DNA of 32,000 nt from Propionibacterium freudenreichii subsp. freudenreichii (GTDB lineage: Bacteria > Actinomycetota > Actinomycetes > Propionibacteriales > Propionibacteriaceae). Below, piece by piece: positions 14,103 through 21,941 of this stretch. The first letter of the stretch is position 1, and every line of letters begins with the position of its first letter. The position numbers and the translations under genes are program-made. The stretch is taken from contig NZ_CP010341.1 of NCBI RefSeq assembly GCF_000940845.1, positions 1,860,001 through 1,892,000 on the forward strand, in the 5' to 3' direction. Under the pieces are notes generated by a model. The model was given only the letters and a program-made list of their open reading frames with translations, had not been told where the DNA came from and ran no database searches.

Positions 14103-16490
14103 TCACAGGGCGGAAACGGTGTATGTCTGCCCGCGCGAGGCGGGGAAGGAGACGAGCATCCGCCCGGGGTCGCTTCCGCCCACCCGGGTGGCGTCCACCG
14201 CTGCGCCCGCCGCATCGCGCACCGTGAACTCACCGCGGGGCAGGTCCAGGGCCAGCACGTCGTCACGCCGGGCAGCCACGGTCGCCTCACGCAGGGCGCC
14301 GCCACGCCAGCTCAGCGCAATCGAGTGGTCGCCGGGCACCCGCACACCGGCCACCCGCCCATCCGGCCATCGCGCGGGGAGGGTCGGCAGGAGCGCCACC
14401 ACCCCGTCGGCCACCTGCACCAGCAGCTCGACCATCGCCCAGGACAGAGCCATCGCCGCGGGCAGCGAGCGACGTGGCCCGGCCCCCGCATCGGAACCAG
14501 CCCCGGCATCCGAATCGGCCCCGGCATCGCGCAGGGCGAGCAGGGACGCCGAACTGCCCCCACCCACCAGCTCGTCCAACACGGCGGCGGCCTCGTCGGG
14601 AAGGCGCAGGCGGGCGGCCAGGCCCAACCGGCGCACCAGTCCCTCGCCCCACGCCCCGTCCCCGTGGGATCCCGTCCGGGCGATGAACGTGCGGCGGGCG
14701 GCATCGAAGAGCTCGGGATCGCGGCGCCGCGAGATGCCCTCGCCCGGGAACACCCCGTGCAGGGAACGCAGCAGGCCGGCGCCGCCGTCGGCCGGGCGGC
14801 GTCCCCGGGGCCAGTCGCGCAGCCTCCCCGCACGCACCGGGAGCGGGGCAAGGCCGGCCAGTGCCGCATGGGCGCGGGCAACCATCGCCGCATCGGCGGA
14901 CCCGGGACGGGCACCCACCAGCTCCACATAGTGCTCGAGGCTCTGGCGCACCAGCGACAGGTCGAAGGACGATCCCGCACCGACGCCGGCCAGGCGTCCA
15001 TCGGGCCCCAGGCACAGGCTCCCGGGCAAGGTCGACGGACATGGCAGGAGCGCGCCATCGGGACCGTTGATGAGCTGATCGAGCACGAACTCGACGGCTG
15101 CACGGTGCGCCTCCAGCGCCGCCCCACGGTCACCCCCGTGCGCCGCGTGCCGGTACAACGGCGCGATGAGGCCCAGCAGCGCCGAGGGCCAGTTGGCCTG
15201 ATCGGTGGGCCCCTCGCCGGGTGCGCCATGGCGCCAGATGTCGGGCGTGCCGTGGACGCAGGCCCCGGCGAACCCATAGCTGTTCGCGGCGGTGGCGCGC
15301 CCCGCGGTGACGAGTTCGCCTGCCGCCTGCTCGACGGGGTCCATCAGCTCCCCCAGCCCGACCACGTCGAGGGCGAGCGGCGCCAGCCCGCCGCCGCTGC
15401 GTTCGAGGGCATCGCCGGTGTCCGCGGACCTGGTGGTCGCCCACAGGCTGCCGCTGGTCGGCATGGAGCTCGTCCGGCGCGTGCTGGCGATGAGCAGTGA
15501 CCGGCCCAGGTGGAAGGCCAGTTCGTCGCGGGCAGCGCCATCCCCGGCGCCCAGGTCAAGGTCGACGCGGTCGAACAGGGCCGCATGGTCGGCCACATGG
15601 CGTCGAGCCAGCAACTCGCTGTCCATGGCGAGTGCGGCGTCAACCTGCTGGCGGGCGGCTCGCACCAGCGGCCCGGGATCGCCGATCGGGTTGGTCTGCC
15701 ATCCCAGGAATCCATCGCGGGCGGCTGCCACGAGCCTGCTGCCGGACGCAGTCGTCTCGACTGCCACCACGAGCGCGAACGCCATGCCCGCCGGCACCCG
15801 CCCCTCGCCATCGGGCGCGTCGGTGCCGTAGTGCACGGCAGTGGCCCGACGGGCGTACGAGGGATCCGCGGGCGCCTCCACGGGGGCCCTTCCGGCGACG
15901 GTCAACCAGATGCGTCCCCCGCGGCGCCTCAGCTGGCGCTCGCAGGGGTGGGGGCAGTCGAACTCCGGCGCCACCAGCTCGTGGGCCGCGCCCATCCAAT
16001 CGGCCAACAGCACGTGGTCGGGCGCGCTGACGAAGCAGTCGAGCTGGCCGGTCCCGCGCCGGCCCGTCCCGAAGCGCGTCGTGGCGATGGCCCTCGACAG
16101 GTCGAGGACGCGGGAGTAGCCATGCGGGGCGTCGGCGACGTCGGGGGCATATCCCCACCGCAGGGAGCCGAGCGGCTGGGGGCTGTCGCGACGCCCGTCC
16201 TGCTGCAGTGCCGGGGTGGGCGGAACAGGATGTTGCATGGTCCGGGCCAGTTGCTCGGTGCGCGGCGAGTTCCCGGCGACGATGGCCGCCCGCAGCGCCT
16301 CCACCAACCCCGGGGCGCGCCGTGGCGTCGCGTCGAGCGGGCCACCCGACCACAAGGAGTCCAGCCCGAGATCGAGGGTCTCGGTGCCGGGCGCGCCATG
16401 GACTGCCACGCCCAGGTTGCCGTTACCGAGCAGGAAGGCGTCCGCCGGCGATGCCGCAGGCCGCGCCACCTCGATGCGATAACGGTCCAC
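14103..16490 (-). CDS. Glycoside hydrolase family 95-like protein (catalytic motifs not recognisable)
   Basis: The N-terminus FLLGNGNLGVAVHG..LDSLWSGGP is a GH95-type N-domain. Later blocks GACVHGTPDIW, LHGVFPGEGI and LLPTLPARWPDGRVAGVRVPG match family landmarks. GAGGAGGGG SD lies 4 nt before GTG 16490. No signal peptide. Confidence 0.75.
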   Translation of the reverse strand: MDRYRIEVARPAASPADAFLLGNGNLGVAVHGAPGTETLDLGLDSLWSGGPLDATPRRAPGLVEALRAAIVAGNSPRTEQLARTMQHPVPPTPALQQDGRRDSPQPLGSLRWGYAPDVADAPHGYSRVLDLSRAIATTRFGTGRRGTGQLDCFVSAPDHVLLADWMGAAHELVAPEFDCPHPCERQLRRRGGRIWLTVAGRAPVEAPADPSYARRATAVHYGTDAPDGEGRVPAGMAFALVVAVETTASGSRLVAAARDGFLGWQTNPIGDPGPLVRAARQQVDAALAMDSELLARRHVADHAALFDRVDLDLGAGDGAARDELAFHLGRSLLIASTRRTSSMPTSGSLWATTRSADTGDALERSGGGLAPLALDVVGLGELMDPVEQAAGELVTAGRATAANSYGFAGACVHGTPDIWRHGAPGEGPTDQANWPSALLGLIAPLYRHAAHGGDRGAALEAHRAAVEFVLDQLINGPDGALLPCPSTLPGSLCLGPDGRLAGVGAGSSFDLSLVRQSLEHYVELVGARPGSADAAMVARAHAALAGLAPLPVRAGRLRDWPRGRRPADGGAGLLRSLHGVFPGEGISRRRDPELFDAARRTFIARTGSHGDGAWGEGLVRRLGLAARLRLPDEAAAVLDELVGGGSSASLLALRDAGADSDAGAGSDAGAGPRRSLPAAMALSWAMVELLVQVADGVVALLPTLPARWPDGRVAGVRVPGDHSIALSWRGGALREATVAARRDDVLALDLPRGEFTVRDAAGAAVDATRVGGSDPGRMLVSFPASRGQTYTVSAL
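14482..14535 (-). repeat. Three tandem 18-bp units inside the GH95-like CDS, encoding DAGADSDAGAGSDAGAG
   Basis: The units are GCCCCCGCATCGGAACCA, GCCCCGGCATCCGAATCG and GCCCCGGCATCGCGCAGG, read directly from the sequence. Confidence 0.85.
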
Positions 16491-16624
16491 TGCCCCTCCT
16501 CACGTCGCCCCGTCGTGATCCGCCGGCCGGGACGCCTGCCGAACAGCGTAGCCAGCACCACCCACGAGGTGGCGAGCGCGCAGCGGGCGTCCGGCGGCAC
16601 ATTGCGCCCGAACGGGACGACCAC

Positions 16625-16646
16625 GATGTTCTCCCCCCATGTTCAC
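16625..16646. promoter_or_regulatory. GATGTTCTC-N5-ATGTTCAC direct motif in the GH95-like/pmt divergent region
   Basis: Sequence reads cacGATGTTCTCcccccATGTTCACagc. The same GATGTTCT 8-mer occurs at 3845, 3857 and 21858. Confidence 0.4.
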
Positions 16647-16690
16647 AGCCCACGCCGCACGACACCCGGGCGGTTCATGGCCGGCACTTC

Positions 16691-16696
16691 TAAGAT
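16691..16696 (+). promoter_or_regulatory. -10 box TAAGAT, 6 nt upstream of pmt GTG 16703 (leaderless-type)
   Basis: Sequence reads cttcTAAGATgtcgacGTGagc. Confidence 0.45.
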
Positions 16697-16702
16697 GTCG
16701 AC

Positions 16703-18337
16703 GTGAGCACCCTGCCCCCCGCCCCTGCGCCGGCACCAGAAGCACCGACCCGGCCACTTCGTCGCGGCGGGTTGCTGATGTCGACGATCGACAAGCTCGA
16801 CGACGCCACGATCCTGCAGCGCGACCGGTGGCGCAGTTGGATCCTCACGGCGGCGTTCGTCGTGGTCGGGTTCCTCATTCGCCTGGTGAACCTCGGGCGA
16901 CCCAACCGCCTGGAGTTCGACGAGACCTATTACGCCAAGGACGCCTGGTCGCTGTTGCACTTCGGCTATGAGCGGGCGTGGCCGTCGACCGCGGACGCAA
17001 GGATCGCCACGGGCAGCACTGACCTGTGGCAGAGCAATGCCTCGTTCATCGTGCATCCGCAACTGGGCAAGTGGCTCATCGCCGCCGGCGAGAAGCTGTT
17101 CGGAATGAACTCCTTCGGCTGGCGCTTCGCGGCACTGGTCTTCGGGGCCCTGTTCATCGGCATCGTCATCAGGATGGCGCGCAGGTTGTCGCGCTCCACG
17201 CTCATCGGCTGCCTGGCCGGACTGTTCATCACCGTGGACGGACTCAGCTTCGTGATGAGCCGCATCGCCCTGCTGGACATCTTCGAGGCCTTCTTCACCG
17301 TGGCGGCGGTCTCGGCCTGGCTGGTCGACCGCGACCACTTCAGACATCGGCTGGCCGAGCACCTGCGCGCCAACAACCTGCTCAACCTGGGCGGCTCCTA
17401 TGGTCCGCTGTTGCTGTTCCGGCCATGGTTGATCGCCTCCGGCGTGCTGTTCGGGCTGGCCTGCGGCTGCAAGTGGAACGCCATGTACGTGCTGGCGGTG
17501 TTCGGCATCCTCACCGTCATCTACGACCGCAGCGCACGGCGCACCGCCGGTGCCGGACGCCGGGCCTGGCATGCGGTGTGGCGCGACGGCCTGGCCGCAT
17601 TCGTCCAACTGGTCGTCGTGGCCGTGCCGGTGTACGTGCTCACCTGGATCAGCTGGCTGGTGACCCAGGGTGGCTATGACCGCCAGTGGGGCGCCTCCCA
17701 TCCGGACGATCCGCTGGTGAAGCTGATCGGCAAGCCGCTGGCGAGCCTGTGGCAGTACCACAAGGAGATCTACGCCTTCCACACCGGCGACTGGATCGCC
17801 TCCCAGACCCACACCTACCAGGCCCACCCCTTCGGTTGGCCGGTGATCGGACGGGTGATCGGCATCGACGCGGTGAACGACATCCAGCCCGGCGACGACG
17901 GTTGCAAGGCGGTGGGCGACACCTGCCTGCGCGTGGTGTCGGGGGCCGGCACGCCGATGCTGTGGTGGATGGCCGCCCTGGCGGTGATCATTGCCCTGTT
18001 CATCTGGATCGGCGCACGCGATTGGCGCTTCGGCGTGCCGATCATCGCCGCCGCGACCACCTGGCTGGGCTGGTTCCCCAACGCCGACCGTCCCACGTTC
18101 TACTTCTACGCGATCATGATGATCCCCTTCACCGCCACCGTGTTGGCGATGGTGCTGGGCAAGGTGCTGGGGCCCTCCGACGCCCCACCGCGCCGGCGAC
18201 GCAATGGGGCCATCATCGTCACCGCGGCCACCGTGATCATCATCGCGAACTTCATGTTCATCTATCCGATCCTCACCGACGAGCTGATGACCCGACGGCA
18301 GTGGCTGCTGCGCATGTGGTTCCGTAGCTGGATCTGA
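16703..18337 (+). CDS. pmt: Polyprenol-phosphate-mannose--protein O-mannosyltransferase (GT39)
   Basis: LEFDETYYAKDAWSLLHFGYE (loop-1 DE motif), a multi-TM profile, and a C-terminal PMT_4TMC-like part. Neighbour of rsmI, as in mycobacteria. Confidence 0.9.
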   Translation: MSTLPPAPAPAPEAPTRPLRRGGLLMSTIDKLDDATILQRDRWRSWILTAAFVVVGFLIRLVNLGRPNRLEFDETYYAKDAWSLLHFGYERAWPSTADARIATGSTDLWQSNASFIVHPQLGKWLIAAGEKLFGMNSFGWRFAALVFGALFIGIVIRMARRLSRSTLIGCLAGLFITVDGLSFVMSRIALLDIFEAFFTVAAVSAWLVDRDHFRHRLAEHLRANNLLNLGGSYGPLLLFRPWLIASGVLFGLACGCKWNAMYVLAVFGILTVIYDRSARRTAGAGRRAWHAVWRDGLAAFVQLVVVAVPVYVLTWISWLVTQGGYDRQWGASHPDDPLVKLIGKPLASLWQYHKEIYAFHTGDWIASQTHTYQAHPFGWPVIGRVIGIDAVNDIQPGDDGCKAVGDTCLRVVSGAGTPMLWWMAALAVIIALFIWIGARDWRFGVPIIAAATTWLGWFPNADRPTFYFYAIMMIPFTATVLAMVLGKVLGPSDAPPRRRRNGAIIVTAATVIIIANFMFIYPILTDELMTRRQWLLRMWFRSWI

Positions 18338-18373
18338 TCGTCCGCCCCGCATGGCGCGGACCCGCGGCAATGC

Positions 18374-18379
18374 GACAAT
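18374..18379 (+). promoter_or_regulatory. -10 box GACAAT, 7 nt upstream of ATG 18387 (leaderless-type)
   Basis: Sequence reads gcGACAATatgcaccATGtcc. Confidence 0.4.
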
Positions 18380-18386
18380 ATGCACC

Positions 18387-19451
18387 ATGTCCGATGGCTT
18401 GTGGGTGTTGTTCGTCACGGCGGCCGTGTTCACGGTGGCCAGCCTGATCGCCTTGTGGGTCACCGCCCGCCGCGATCCGCGCCGCCTGCGCTGCGCCGTG
18501 CTGCTGCTGATCGCCGCCTTCTGGCTGCTGGTCACCCTGGTCACGGCCAGCCCGATGTTCGGTGAGCGCGGCCAGACCATCTTCCTGGTGATCGCCGGCG
18601 TGCTGCTGGTGGCATGGCTGGCCGCGATGGGCATGCTCCCCCTGCTGCTGGTGATCGACGGCCTCATCGTGCTGCGCCGCGAGGGCATCCGCTCCCGCAC
18701 CGGACTGCTCGTGCTGGCGGCGGGCATCGCCCTGCTCCTGCTGCCGGGGGTCACCGCCTCGCTGGCACGCAACGACCGTTGGTGGTCGATGGCCCTGTTC
18801 ACCCTGGTCACCTTCATCGGCACCTACCTGGGCACCTTCCTCGTGGTGATGCTGGCCCAGTTCGTGGTGCGCGCCCTGTTCGGGGGCCGACGCCGCGTGC
18901 CCGACCCCGATGTGCTCATCGTGCTGGGTTCCGGACTGATCAACGGGAAGGTGCCGCCGCTGCTGGCGTCGCGCCTGGACCGCGCCCTGCAGGTGAGCGC
19001 CGAGGAGGCACTGCAGGGACGTCGTCCGATGTTCGTGGTCTCCGGTGGACGCGGCTCGGACGAGCCCCGTGCCGAGGCCGAGGCGATGGCCGAATACCTG
19101 ACATCGCGGGGAGTGCCCGATGAGCGCATCATCGTGGAGGACCGCTCCCGCTCGACGCGGGAGAACCTGGTGAACTCCACCAGGCTGTTGCGGGAGCGTG
19201 GCATCGGCGGGCCCATGCTGGCCGTGACGAGCTCGTACCACACCACCCGCACCGACGTGCTGGCCGCCGACCTGCGCCTGGACGACGTGTTCGTCACCGG
19301 GGCCCACACCGCCTGGTACTACGCGCCGGGCGCCTACCTGCGCGAGTACATCGGCGTGCTGACCTATCGTCTGCCGCTCAATATCGGCGTCGGCATCTTC
19401 TGCGTCGTGGCCGCCGTGGCGATGGCCTGGGCCACCTCGCGCGTGGGCTGA
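18387..19451 (+). CDS. DUF218/YdcF (SanA/ElyC-like) domain membrane protein
   Basis: An N-terminal half with about 5-6 predicted TM helices. The C-terminal half carries VLIVLGSGL..VVSGGRG..EAEAMAEYL..IIVEDRSRSTRENL, a typical DUF218 core. The track start at 18351 is possible. Confidence 0.8.
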   Translation: MSDGLWVLFVTAAVFTVASLIALWVTARRDPRRLRCAVLLLIAAFWLLVTLVTASPMFGERGQTIFLVIAGVLLVAWLAAMGMLPLLLVIDGLIVLRREGIRSRTGLLVLAAGIALLLLPGVTASLARNDRWWSMALFTLVTFIGTYLGTFLVVMLAQFVVRALFGGRRRVPDPDVLIVLGSGLINGKVPPLLASRLDRALQVSAEEALQGRRPMFVVSGGRGSDEPRAEAEAMAEYLTSRGVPDERIIVEDRSRSTRENLVNSTRLLRERGIGGPMLAVTSSYHTTRTDVLAADLRLDDVFVTGAHTAWYYAPGAYLREYIGVLTYRLPLNIGVGIFCVVAAVAMAWATSRVG

Positions 19452-19531
19452 CCACCCCCGCACGCCGGCACCGCTCCAGTGCGGTGTGACAACGCCATGG
19501 ACCGCTGTCCCGTAGTCGGGCCGCCTACCCC

Positions 19532-19537
19532 TACACT
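19532..19537 (+). promoter_or_regulatory. Candidate -10 box TACACT for the permease gene
   Basis: Sequence reads ccccTACACTgtcccg, 36 nt upstream of the ATG. SD GGGAGG lies at 19563-19568. Confidence 0.35.
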
Positions 19538-19572
19538 GTCCCGCGGACCAGGCACGGAAAGCGGGAGGCACA

Positions 19573-21126
19573 ATGATCTGGAAGCTGCACAACGGGGGTG
19601 TTCTCAAACCGGGCGAGGTCGTGGCCCCTGATGAGCGGCTCAGCTGGGGAAAGACGATCGGGCTCGGCGCCCAGCATGTGGTGGCAATGTTCGGCGCCAC
19701 CTTCGTCTTCCCCCTGTTGATGGGGCTCAACCCGCAGCTGGCGGTGATGATGAGTGGCATCTCGACGATCATCTTCATCATCGTCACCAAGCACGAGGTG
19801 CCCAGCTACCTGGGTTCCTCGGCGGCCTTCCCCGGCGTCGCGACCGCCATCTATGCGGCCGGCGGCAAGCCCAATGACGTCTCGGGTGCCCTGTTCGTGG
19901 TGGGCCTCACCCTGTTCATGTGTGGCCTGATCATCCACTTCGCCGGCTCACGGGTGATCCACAAGGTGTTGCCGCCGGTGGTCACCGGCGCCGTCGTCAT
20001 GCTCATCGGGTTCAACCTGGCCCCCGTGGTGGCCAAGAACTACTGGCCCCAGGACCAGTGGACCGCCTTCATCACGATGATCGTCGTGGTGGCGCTGTCG
20101 GTCGGGCCGCGCGGATTCCTGTCGCGCATCGCGATCTTCTTGTCGATGGTGATCGGCTATCTCATCAGCTGGCTGCAGGACGTGGTGTTCGGCCCGATGC
20201 ACAAGGTCGTCGACGGGCAGGCCACCGACGTATTGCGCGTCGACTGGTCGGGTGTCGCCAAGGCGGACTGGTTCGGACTGCCCCCGAAGACCGATCTGGC
20301 CACGTGGACCTATTCCATGGACGCCAATGGCGTCGCGCACTTCCCCGCCTCCAATGTGGTGGGCTTCCACCTGCCGTCGTTCCACCTGGCGTTCATCCTG
20401 TTGGCGCTGCCGGTGGTGATCGCGTTGATCGCCGAGAACACCGGTCACGTGAAGGCGGTCGCCGAGATGACCGGCAAGAACCTCGATCACCAGATGGGCC
20501 GCGCCATCGCCGCTGATGGCGCCACCTCGATGCTCGCGACGCTGGCCGGAGCCGGCCCCACCACCACCTATTCGGAGAACATCGGCGTGATGGCCGCCAC
20601 CCGCGTGTACTCGACGGCCGCCTATGTGGTCGCCGCGATCGTTGCCATCCTGTTCGGCCTGAGCCCCAAGTTCGGCGCAGTGATCTCGGCGATGCCCGGT
20701 GGTGTGCTCGGCGGCATCTGCGTGGTGCTCTACGGCATGATCGGCCTGCTCGGGGCCAAGATCTGGAAGGAGAACCGGGTTGACTTCGCCAACCCGGTGA
20801 ACCTGGTTCCGGTGGCTGCCGGCATCATCATCGGCGTCGGCGATGTCTCGCTGAAGTTCAGCGACAGCTTCACCCTGGGCGGCATCGCGCTGGGCACCCT
20901 GGTGACGGTCGTGGTCTTCCACCTGGCCTACTGGCTCGCCCCCAAGCGGCTCTCCGATGCGGCCCTGGACGGCTCGGGCGTGTTGTTCGATGCGCCGGGC
21001 AGCTACTCGGCCAGGCCCCTCATCCCGCCGGCCACCCGTCCGGGAAGGGCCCCGCGTCCGGCGAAGGCCCCTCACCCGCAGGCGGATGGCCCCGCCGGGA
21101 CGGATCCTGCCGACCCCACGCGCTGA
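19573..21126 (+). CDS. NCS2/NAT family nucleobase:cation symporter, uracil/pyrimidine permease-like (UraA/PyrP/RutG subgroup), with Pro/Ala-rich C-terminal tail
   Basis: LGAQHVVAMFGATFVFPLL, IAENTGHVKAV and TTTYSENIGVMAATRVYST align with UraA blocks. Confidence 0.88.
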   Translation: MIWKLHNGGVLKPGEVVAPDERLSWGKTIGLGAQHVVAMFGATFVFPLLMGLNPQLAVMMSGISTIIFIIVTKHEVPSYLGSSAAFPGVATAIYAAGGKPNDVSGALFVVGLTLFMCGLIIHFAGSRVIHKVLPPVVTGAVVMLIGFNLAPVVAKNYWPQDQWTAFITMIVVVALSVGPRGFLSRIAIFLSMVIGYLISWLQDVVFGPMHKVVDGQATDVLRVDWSGVAKADWFGLPPKTDLATWTYSMDANGVAHFPASNVVGFHLPSFHLAFILLALPVVIALIAENTGHVKAVAEMTGKNLDHQMGRAIAADGATSMLATLAGAGPTTTYSENIGVMAATRVYSTAAYVVAAIVAILFGLSPKFGAVISAMPGGVLGGICVVLYGMIGLLGAKIWKENRVDFANPVNLVPVAAGIIIGVGDVSLKFSDSFTLGGIALGTLVTVVVFHLAYWLAPKRLSDAALDGSGVLFDAPGSYSARPLIPPATRPGRAPRPAKAPHPQADGPAGTDPADPTR

Positions 21127-21156
21127 TCCCGGTCTGCTGCGCGGGAACGGGGAGAC

Positions 21157-21678
21157 TCAGCCGTAGATCCGGTCGAGTGGCCCGTTGTCGCCGTAGATGG
21201 GGTCAACATCGGGCGGGGAGACATTGTTGATGCGCTCGGCCGCCGCGTCATGTTCGACCGGCTCCACAGTGAGGGTGTCGGGATGCGGCTCCTCGAAGAA
21301 GGCCGAGATCACCCGGAGGTCGCCGGAGACGCGTCGGCATGAGACCCCCGCCGGCAGCACCACCACGTCGCGGGCGTTCAGGGCGATCTCCACGCCACCC
21401 GATCCCCCCAGGGCGACCTCGCCGGAACCGCTCACGACGCCGAACACGGCGAACGCAGTGGAGTGGTAATGGTCGGTGTCGCTGAGCATGTCGTCGCGCG
21501 CACCCACCCAACGGTTCTCCGCGAAGGTCGTGCGGAACCAATCATCGAGGTCGCTGCGCTGGGGCGCGGCCTGCTTGTAGACCAGTGCTGGCAGCGCGCT
21601 GTTCGGCACAACTCCGTTATCGGCCAACAAATGCCGCGCGGGCTCAACAGGCCCGTTTTCGCTGGGTGTCTCGCTCAT
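21157..21678 (-). CDS. Cupin domain protein (YjlB-like)
   Basis: 173 aa. Contains HYHSTAFAVFGVVSGSGEVALGG..VVVLPAGV, a cupin beta-barrel motif pattern. Leaderless-type start. Confidence 0.7.
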   Translation of the reverse strand: MSETPSENGPVEPARHLLADNGVVPNSALPALVYKQAAPQRSDLDDWFRTTFAENRWVGARDDMLSDTDHYHSTAFAVFGVVSGSGEVALGGSGGVEIALNARDVVVLPAGVSCRRVSGDLRVISAFFEEPHPDTLTVEPVEHDAAAERINNVSPPDVDPIYGDNGPLDRIYG

Positions 21679-21682
21679 GGCC

Positions 21683-21698
21683 CAAGGCTAGAGCCTTG
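21683..21698. promoter_or_regulatory. Perfect inverted repeat CAAGGCT-AG-AGCCTTG overlapping the cupin -10 box (TAGCCT at 21685-21690, 6 nt before ATG 21678)
   Basis: 7-bp arms with a 2-nt centre, read directly from the sequence. The minus strand reads ctcTAGCCTtgggccATGagc. Confidence 0.5.
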
Positions 21699-21834
21699 CC
21701 GCAGGTTGCGAACAGGTACCCATCACGTGGTCCCGGGCGTCAACGATCCGAGCTATGAAGGCGGCGACCACACCGGCCCGCCGCCGGCAGGCCCCGAATG
21801 CAGAGCGGCAGCCGCGTCGTGCGTGGCCGCGACG

Positions 21835-21840
21835 TAAAAT
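21835..21840 (+). promoter_or_regulatory. Candidate -10 box TAAAAT for galK (~95-nt leader)
   Basis: Sequence reads gacgTAAAATcccggc. galK itself has GAGGAG 5 nt before the ATG. Confidence 0.35.
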
Positions 21841-21857
21841 CCCGGCATACAGTGGAT

Positions 21858-21880
21858 GATGTTCTCGCTAACATTGTTCG
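21858..21880. promoter_or_regulatory. GATGTTCTC-N5-CATTGTTCG motif in the cupin/galK divergent region
   Basis: Sequence reads gatGATGTTCTCgctaaCATTGTTCGtggg. It shares the 9-mer GATGTTCTC with 16625-16633. Confidence 0.4.
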
Positions 21881-21941
21881 TGGGTGGCGCTGTGCAGGTC
21901 GCCGCCGACGCACACGCCAACGACGCCGTTGAGGAGCAACC

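Noticed and set aside
14018-14305. N-terminal extension of the rsmI track ORF, overlapping the GH95-like 3' end
   Set aside because: The extension overlaps another well-supported CDS and has no RsmI homology. The family N-terminus (LLILAGTPIG) begins just after GTG 14017 / ATG 14089.
16643-18823. 726-aa minus-strand ORF, and similar long ORFs at 6168..7865 +, 9863..11527 +, 13842..15500 +, 18273..19790 -, 19948..21075 -, 26838..27998 +, 28273..29736 +, 30452..31348 +
   Set aside because: All are antisense to genes with clear family signatures (pmt/DUF218, glmU, ispE, GH95-like, permease, gdhA, the MFS genes). They are Arg/Gly/His/Pro-rich with no motifs, so they are shadow ORFs.
16703-19451. 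pmt followed by the DUF218/YdcF membrane protein as a possible polyprenol-phosphate-linked envelope module
   Set aside because: The functional link (both families touch lipid-carrier-dependent envelope processes) is speculative. The second gene appears to have its own leaderless promoter. Adjacency alone is not evidence of a system.
19452-19572. PyrR-binding loop or purine riboswitch upstream of the uracil-type permease
   Set aside because: The closest segment, GCUCCAGUGCGGUG, only partly resembles the PyrR site (..UCCAGAGAGG..). No purine-riboswitch junction motifs are present. The hairpin CCGCAC..GUGCGG is more simply the DUF218 gene terminator.
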